DNA of 25,355 bases, taken from IMG/VR virus record IMGVR_UViG_2563366824_000002, positions 1-25,355 of that record; one strand, written 5' to 3'. The DNA comes from a virus. Its lineage: Duplodnaviria; Heunggongvirae; Uroviricota; Caudoviricetes. Below the pieces are notes generated by a model. It was not told the origin of the DNA, made no database searches, and saw only the letters and a list, made by a program, of their open reading frames with translations. Made by a program: the position numbers and the translations under genes. This document shows positions 20,293 through 25,355 of the stretch, in pieces (the stretch's first letter is position 1; each line of letters starts with the position of its first letter).

Positions 20293-20303
20293 GTGGAGTG
20301 GAT

Positions 20304-22661
20304 ATGGCAGCAGTAAAAATCTCAGGTGTGCTGAAAGATGGTGCGGGAAAACCAATACAGAACTGCACTATTCAACTGAAGGCAAAGCGTAACAGCACCA
20401 CGGTACTGGTGAACACGGTGGCCTCTGAAAATCCGGATGAAGCCGGGCGTTACAGCATGGATGTTGAGTATGGCCAGTACAGCGTCACCCTGCTGGTTGA
20501 AGGTTTTCCGCCTTCACATGCCGGAACCATTACCGTCTATGAAGGTTCCAGACCAGGTACGCTGAATGATTTTCTCGGTGCCATGACGGAAGATGATGTC
20601 ATGCCGGAGGCATTGCGTCGTTTTGAGGCAATGGTGGAAGAAGCGGCACGCAACGCCGAAGCCGCCTCTCAGAGCGCAGCGGTGGCAAAGAAATCCGAAA
20701 CTGCAGCGGCATCATCGAAGAACGCGGCGAAAACCTCAGAAACGAATGCAGCTAACAGCGCACAGGCGGCAGCGACCTCACAGACTGCATCGGCAAACTC
20801 CGCGACAGCAGCCAAAAAATCAGAAACCAACGCGAAAAACAGCGAGACAGCCGCAAAGACGAGCGAAACCAACGCAAAGTCCAGCCAGACGGCAGCGAAA
20901 ACCAGCGAAACGAATGCCAAAGCCAGTGAAACTGCGGCGAAAAACAGCCAGGCTGCAGCAGCTGAAAGCGAGAGCGCGGCGGCCGGTTCTGCGACTTCAG
21001 CAGCCGGATCAGCAACTGCTGCGGCTAACAGTCAGAAAGCAGCGAAGACGAGTGAAACTAACGCAAAGTCCAGCCAGACGGCAGCGAAGACCAGCGAAAC
21101 GAATGCCAAAGCCAGCGAAACTGCAGCGAAAAGCAGTCAGGATGCAGCAGCCGAAAGCGAGAGTGCTGCAGCTGGTTCTGCAACAGCGGCAGCTAATAGC
21201 CAAAAAGCTGCAAAAGCCAGTGAAACTAACGCAAAGACGAGTGAAACAAAAGCAGCAGCTAGCGAGACAGAAGCAACGTCAGCCGCAACAAGAGCAGAGA
21301 ATGCAGCCCGGATTGCAGAAGATGCCGCTGATCCTGCTTCTGTCCCTCCGCTTCCTGATATCTGGCTACCCTTGAATGATTCTCTGGAAGCGATAACAGG
21401 GTATGCCCCGGGCTATAAAACAATAACCATCGGCAGTGATGAAATAACAATGCCTGTTAATGGCATATGCCAATTTAGCCGGGCTTCATCTGCAACGTAT
21501 ATTGATAAGTCCGGGCATATTACCGTGGCAGGGAATAACGTTCCTCGTTTTGAAAAATATGGTTTTCTGATAGAGAATCAGCGAACAAACATGTTCGTAA
21601 ATAGTTTTAATCCTGATGCCTGGAATAAAAGCGGTGGTATATCTGTAACATCATCAACAGATGAATTTGAGTTTAAATATGGACGTTTCACAGTAGGAAG
21701 CGACATAGCAGGAACGACAACAGGGAGAAATATATGCACAGTTGCTGGTAATAAAGGCATAGATGTGACTGGCGATGATCAGTACAGTAAAGGTCCGTAT
21801 GTTACCGCGTCGTTCAGGGTAAGAAGTGATCTCAATGTTCGCGCACGTATCCGTTTTGAACGGTATAACTCGGAAGGATACACTTTCCTTTGTGACGCCT
21901 ATTTGTCATTACAGACCCATGAACTACAAATTACGGGTGGTAATGCCCAGCTATTAACAGCAAACTTTGAAATCGATCCAGGTAGTGGATGGATATATTT
22001 TCAGGCAACCCTGAAATGTCTGCCAGAATGGGGAATGGTTGGTACGCAGTTGCAAATTGCAGCCGACAGAGCTGTGGGGTCTTTTGCAACAGGTGACTGG
22101 ATAGAAGTAACCACCCCGCAATTTGAGTATGGTGCTTGTGCAACATCCTTTATCATAACGACAACAGAGCCAGCTACTCGTGCATCAGATTTATGTAAAT
22201 TTCCGCTGATGAAAAATATGTATACCATGCCTTTTACGTTCATGGTGGAAGTCCATAAAAACTGGTTTATTTCTCATAATGCTGCACCGCGTGTCATTGA
22301 TTCAGAAAATCACCAGTCCGGGGGCCCATTTATTATGGGGTTTGGTTCTTCTGGAACTATTAGTCAGGACGGTTATTCGTATTGCGATATAGGCGGGGCT
22401 AACCGACGTGTATATGAGTCATGCGGAGTAAGAGATCTCGTTATGGGATTCAGGGTTAAGGCTGACGGCATGACATGCTCATTTGCAAATAAGCATATAA
22501 GCACAGAAACAAAAACAGTATGGAAATATATTCGTGAAGCTGCCGTGATTCGTATCGGGGGGCAAACGACGACAGGATTACGACACCTTAATGGTCATAT
22601 AAAAAACCTCCGTTTCTGGAACAGAGCATTGTCAGATACGCAGCTTAAGGAATACGTATAA
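20304..22661 (+). CDS. stf: Side tail fibre protein Stf with alanine/serine-rich repeat shaft and a divergent C-terminal lectin-like (LamG/ConA-type) domain
   Basis: N-terminus MAAVKISGVLKDGAGKPIQNCTIQLKA matches lambda Stf. Central repeats K(T/S)SETNAK(S/A)S(E/Q)TAAK. The C-terminal …HLNGHIKNLRFWNRALSDTQLKEYV is typical of LamG-type domain ends. The ORF-track start at 20298 is a GTG extension. Confidence 0.85.
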   Translation: MAAVKISGVLKDGAGKPIQNCTIQLKAKRNSTTVLVNTVASENPDEAGRYSMDVEYGQYSVTLLVEGFPPSHAGTITVYEGSRPGTLNDFLGAMTEDDVMPEALRRFEAMVEEAARNAEAASQSAAVAKKSETAAASSKNAAKTSETNAANSAQAAATSQTASANSATAAKKSETNAKNSETAAKTSETNAKSSQTAAKTSETNAKASETAAKNSQAAAAESESAAAGSATSAAGSATAAANSQKAAKTSETNAKSSQTAAKTSETNAKASETAAKSSQDAAAESESAAAGSATAAANSQKAAKASETNAKTSETKAAASETEATSAATRAENAARIAEDAADPASVPPLPDIWLPLNDSLEAITGYAPGYKTITIGSDEITMPVNGICQFSRASSATYIDKSGHITVAGNNVPRFEKYGFLIENQRTNMFVNSFNPDAWNKSGGISVTSSTDEFEFKYGRFTVGSDIAGTTTGRNICTVAGNKGIDVTGDDQYSKGPYVTASFRVRSDLNVRARIRFERYNSEGYTFLCDAYLSLQTHELQITGGNAQLLTANFEIDPGSGWIYFQATLKCLPEWGMVGTQLQIAADRAVGSFATGDWIEVTTPQFEYGACATSFIITTTEPATRASDLCKFPLMKNMYTMPFTFMVEVHKNWFISHNAAPRVIDSENHQSGGPFIMGFGSSGTISQDGYSYCDIGGANRRVYESCGVRDLVMGFRVKADGMTCSFANKHISTETKTVWKYIREAAVIRIGGQTTTGLRHLNGHIKNLRFWNRALSDTQLKEYV
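20690..21250 (+). repeat. Intragenic tandem and direct DNA repeats encoding the Stf shaft
   Basis: Repeated units such as AAGACGAGTGAAACTAACGCAAAGTCCAGCCAGACGGCAGCGAAGACCAGCGAAACGAATGCCAAAGCCAG occur at least twice (about 20860..20930 and 21040..21110), with shorter ACCAGCGAAACGAATGC-type units throughout. Confidence 0.65.
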
Positions 22662-22930
22662 TGCGGGATATAACATTACGATTCGATAACAGAGAACAGT
22701 TTAACGCAATTGTATATGACAGTGGCCTGTTCAGTCTTGAAGAAGAAAATGGGGTTCTTGTTGATGTTATTGGCTGCATTATCGATTACGAGGAGCCAGA
22801 AAACGAAAGATGTACAGGCATTGATCGCGGTGGTTTTTTCGTAAACATGAGGATTGTTGATGGCAGTAAAAACATATCTTCTTTAATGCCTTTCATTACG
22901 ACAGATCAGCATGTAAGGACATGGGCTTAA
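22661..22930 (+). CDS. Small protein translationally coupled to stf (89 aa), possible fibre assembly factor
   Basis: ATG overlaps the stf stop (TAATG at 22659..22663). It occupies the tfa position but does not resemble lambda Tfa as I recall it. Acidic. Confidence 0.45.
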   Translation: MRDITLRFDNREQFNAIVYDSGLFSLEEENGVLVDVIGCIIDYEEPENERCTGIDRGGFFVNMRIVDGSKNISSLMPFITTDQHVRTWA

Positions 22931-22942
22931 TGGAGTAAGACA

Positions 22943-23626
22943 ATGGTTACAAAAACAGTAATTCCGGGAGACATCACCACGCTAAAGGGAGATATTTCCT
23001 CAATTAACGGAAAAGTATCAACGCTTCAGACTGAGATGACCAGTGCAAAGCAGGATATCAGCTCCAGATACACAAAAACTGAAGTTGATAATAAGCTGAA
23101 AAACAAACTGGAAGTGAATGCTCTCGAAAGCGGTAATTATGGTGGAGATTTTTACCCGCTGACTGGCCGCGAAGCGTTTTATTTATGGGGGTTGGGCACG
23201 ACTACTGCGGCGGCAAACCTTTATCTTAATCCTGACCCTGCAATTTCGTCTGTACTGCGGTCAACATCGTCTATCCGCTATAAACATTCAGTAGAGACGA
23301 TAGATTCAGAGCACGCCGATGTCATTTTCAGGATGCGCCCTGTGTGGTACAGGTCGCAATGCGAAAATGACAGGCGTGACTGGGGGTTCTACGGATTGAT
23401 TGCCGAGGAAGTAGGAGAAATTGCCCCTCAGTTTGTACACTGGCGACCAGCTAACGAAGATGATGCTCCTGAAGCTATTTCCAGCAATGGCCTTGTTGCC
23501 GAAGGTGTAATGTACGAACGTCTGGTTGTTCCACTGATTCACCATATCCAGAAGCTGACAGAAAGAGTTGATGAACTTGAGTCAGAATTAAAGTTGTTAT
23601 TAACTTCCCGAAGCGATATCGGATAA
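22943..23626 (+). CDS. Coiled-coil protein with C-terminal domain resembling the intramolecular chaperone / peptidase S74 domain of phage tail fibres (227 aa)
   Basis: N-terminal heptad-like region (TLKGDISSINGKVSTLQTEMTSAKQDISS). Segment S-I-R-Y-K fits the SxRxK autocleavage motif, followed by …WGFYGLIAEEVGEIAPQFV…GLVAEGVMYERLVVPLIHHIQKLTERVDELESELK, similar to endosialidase-type C-terminal chaperone domains. GGAG RBS. Confidence 0.55.
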   Translation: MVTKTVIPGDITTLKGDISSINGKVSTLQTEMTSAKQDISSRYTKTEVDNKLKNKLEVNALESGNYGGDFYPLTGREAFYLWGLGTTTAAANLYLNPDPAISSVLRSTSSIRYKHSVETIDSEHADVIFRMRPVWYRSQCENDRRDWGFYGLIAEEVGEIAPQFVHWRPANEDDAPEAISSNGLVAEGVMYERLVVPLIHHIQKLTERVDELESELKLLLTSRSDIG

Positions 23627-23636
23627 AGGAGGAATA

Positions 23637-23930
23637 ATGGATATAACACCTTTCCTTCATGCACTTTGTGCTGTGGCTGCGCAGGTACTGGTTGGTCTTT
23701 TTACCGGAAACTGGGCTTACGGGGCGATAGCCGGTTGTACGTTCTTCATTGCGCGTGAACACACCCAGGCAGAATATCGCTGGATCGAAATGTTCGGGCA
23801 TGGCAAGCGAATGAATATGCCGTGGTGGGGCGGTTTTGATCCGCGCGCGTGGGATGTGGCAAGCCTGATGGATTTTGCTGTGCCGGTGGTGGCGTGTCTG
23901 CTGGTCTGGCTGTTGGTTAATCGTGGGTGA
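23637..23930 (+). CDS. Small predicted membrane protein (97 aa)
   Basis: Strong RBS AAGGAGG. Two to three hydrophobic segments (LHALCAVAAQVLVGLFTGNWAYGAIAGCTFFIA; FAVPVVACLLVWLLV). Family not recognised. Confidence 0.45.
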   Translation: MDITPFLHALCAVAAQVLVGLFTGNWAYGAIAGCTFFIAREHTQAEYRWIEMFGHGKRMNMPWWGGFDPRAWDVASLMDFAVPVVACLLVWLLVNRG

Positions 23931-24605
23931 AAAAAGGTGAGCTGTATATGCAACGGAGGAAGAAAACTCGTTGCTGGAAGCCTGGAAAAAGTATCGGGTG
24001 CTGCTAAACCGTGTGGACACTTCCGTAGCACCAGATATCGAGTGGCTTATTCAACCATAATAAACAGTATGTATATCATAGGTTATTAATTGTGAGTTTT
24101 TTCGGTGTGTTATTTGTTTGTTTGATGTTATGCTTTTGCGCCCCAAAAGGTTGTTTAGATGTATTTTATCAATTGATTTTCAATGTCGTTTAATAAAGAA
24201 AAATTAAGCAAGCTGGATGTTGGTTTTTTGTTAATTGAATGGTTCTAATAATGTTTTTTTACTGTTGTTGAATGTGACTTGATAAGAAATGCAAGTAAAA
24301 ATGATACTCTTTTTATTTTAAATTCAAACGGTTGACATATATATAGCAAGAGGTTTCAGGTGCGTTGTAGTGAGTTTATGTTAATAAAAAGTATAGTAAG
24401 CGTTGAAAAATGTAACTTTGAAATACGTTAGAATAAAAAACAATATACATATAATAATTTAATCTTAAATGAAATTTATTAAAATTTGCAAACTATAATT
24501 TTGTGTATAAAAATATAAATGCACATCATCCTGATTATGATTGTGTATTTAATTGGTTGTTATTTGACTGCTATCAACTTGTTTTAATTTTATGATAGGT
24601 GCAAG

Positions 24606-25355
24606 ATGGATTATGTTTGCTCCGTAGTTTTCATCTGTCAATCATTTGATTTAATTATAAACAGGAGAGTTATCTCGTTCAAAAAAAATTCATTGTTTAT
24701 TGTAAGCGACAAAATTAGAAGGGAGTTACCAGTATGCCCCTCTAAACTAAGAATTGTTGATATAGATAAGAAAACATGTTTATCCTTTTTTATCGACGTG
24801 AATAATGAGCTGCCTGGCAAATTTACTCTTGATAAGAATGGCTATATTGCTGAAGAGGAACCTCCATTATCGCTTGTTTTTTCTCTGTTTGAAGGGATTA
24901 AAATAGCAGACTCACACTCCCTTTGGTTAAAAGAAAGACTATGTATATCCTTACTTGCCATGTTCAAAAAACGCGAAAGTGTAAATTCATTTATACTAAC
25001 AAATATAAATACATTTACCTGTAAAATTACTGGAATAATCAGTTTTAATATTGAGCGGCAATGGCATTTAAAAGATATTGCGGAATTGATTTATACGAGT
25101 GAAAGTTTAATAAAAAAAAGATTAAGGGATGAAGGAACGTCATTTACTGAAATATTGAGAGATACTAGGATGAGGTATGCAAAAAAACTCATAACTTCAA
25201 ACTCTTATTCTATCAATGTCGTAGCCCAGAAATGTGGCTATAACAGTACTTCATATTTCATATGTGCATTTAAAGATTATTATGGTGTCACGCCATCTCA
25301 TTATTTTGAGAAAATAATCGGCGTCACAGATGGAATAAACAAAACAATTGACTGA
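24606..25355 (+). CDS. appY: AraC-family transcriptional activator AppY (249 aa)
   Basis: Translation matches E. coli AppY as recalled ([25 protein letters not shown]…); C-terminal AraC-type HTH (…[28 protein letters not shown]…). Very AT-rich gene and upstream region. Confidence 0.9.

Noticed and set aside
20593-21375. 260-aa ORF in another frame of stf (Arg/Lys/Gln-rich), plus minus-strand ORFs at 20669..20920, 20752..21015 and 21009..21203
   Set aside because: They lie entirely within the repetitive GC-rich stf shaft region. Low-complexity translations are typical of off-frame readings of Ala/Ser/Thr repeat DNA. The stf frame is supported by lambda-like N- and C-termini.
23475-24031. Minus-strand ORFs of 181 and 104 aa overlapping the S74-like and membrane-protein genes
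   Set aside because: Both plus-strand genes have strong RBSs and coherent translations; the minus-strand products are compositionally odd (His/Arg/Ser-rich).

Overview
The window is the immunity-proximal and right-hand part of a defective lambdoid prophage of Escherichia coli, with a DLP12-type integrase at the left edge and appY at the right edge. Order: int and xis (minus strand); an accessory block holding a small ORF, a TraR/DksA-like zinc-finger gene and a standalone DGQHR (DndB-like) gene; lambda-type exo and bet, plus gam carrying an in-frame stop; two convergent unknown ORFs; an immunity region (O_L, LexA-like repressor, O_R, Cro-like, YdaT-like); replication genes O (with iterons) and P; a large invasin/intimin-family adhesin moron; the nin/Q block (ybcN-like, ninE, ybcO, rusA, ylcG, quuD); an intact nmpC-like porin; a holin truncated by an IS3-family element that abuts a 3' remnant of tail gene J; then lom, stf, three small downstream ORFs and appY. 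Lysozyme, Rz, terminase, head and most tail genes are missing, so the prophage cannot be lytic-competent. The most interesting candidate for something undescribed is the DGQHR gene at 2061..3125, followed by the unknown convergent ORF pair at 5180..5780 and the three-gene module after stf. All protein identifications are from reading the translations and recalling families; no database search was run, and att sites lie outside the window.
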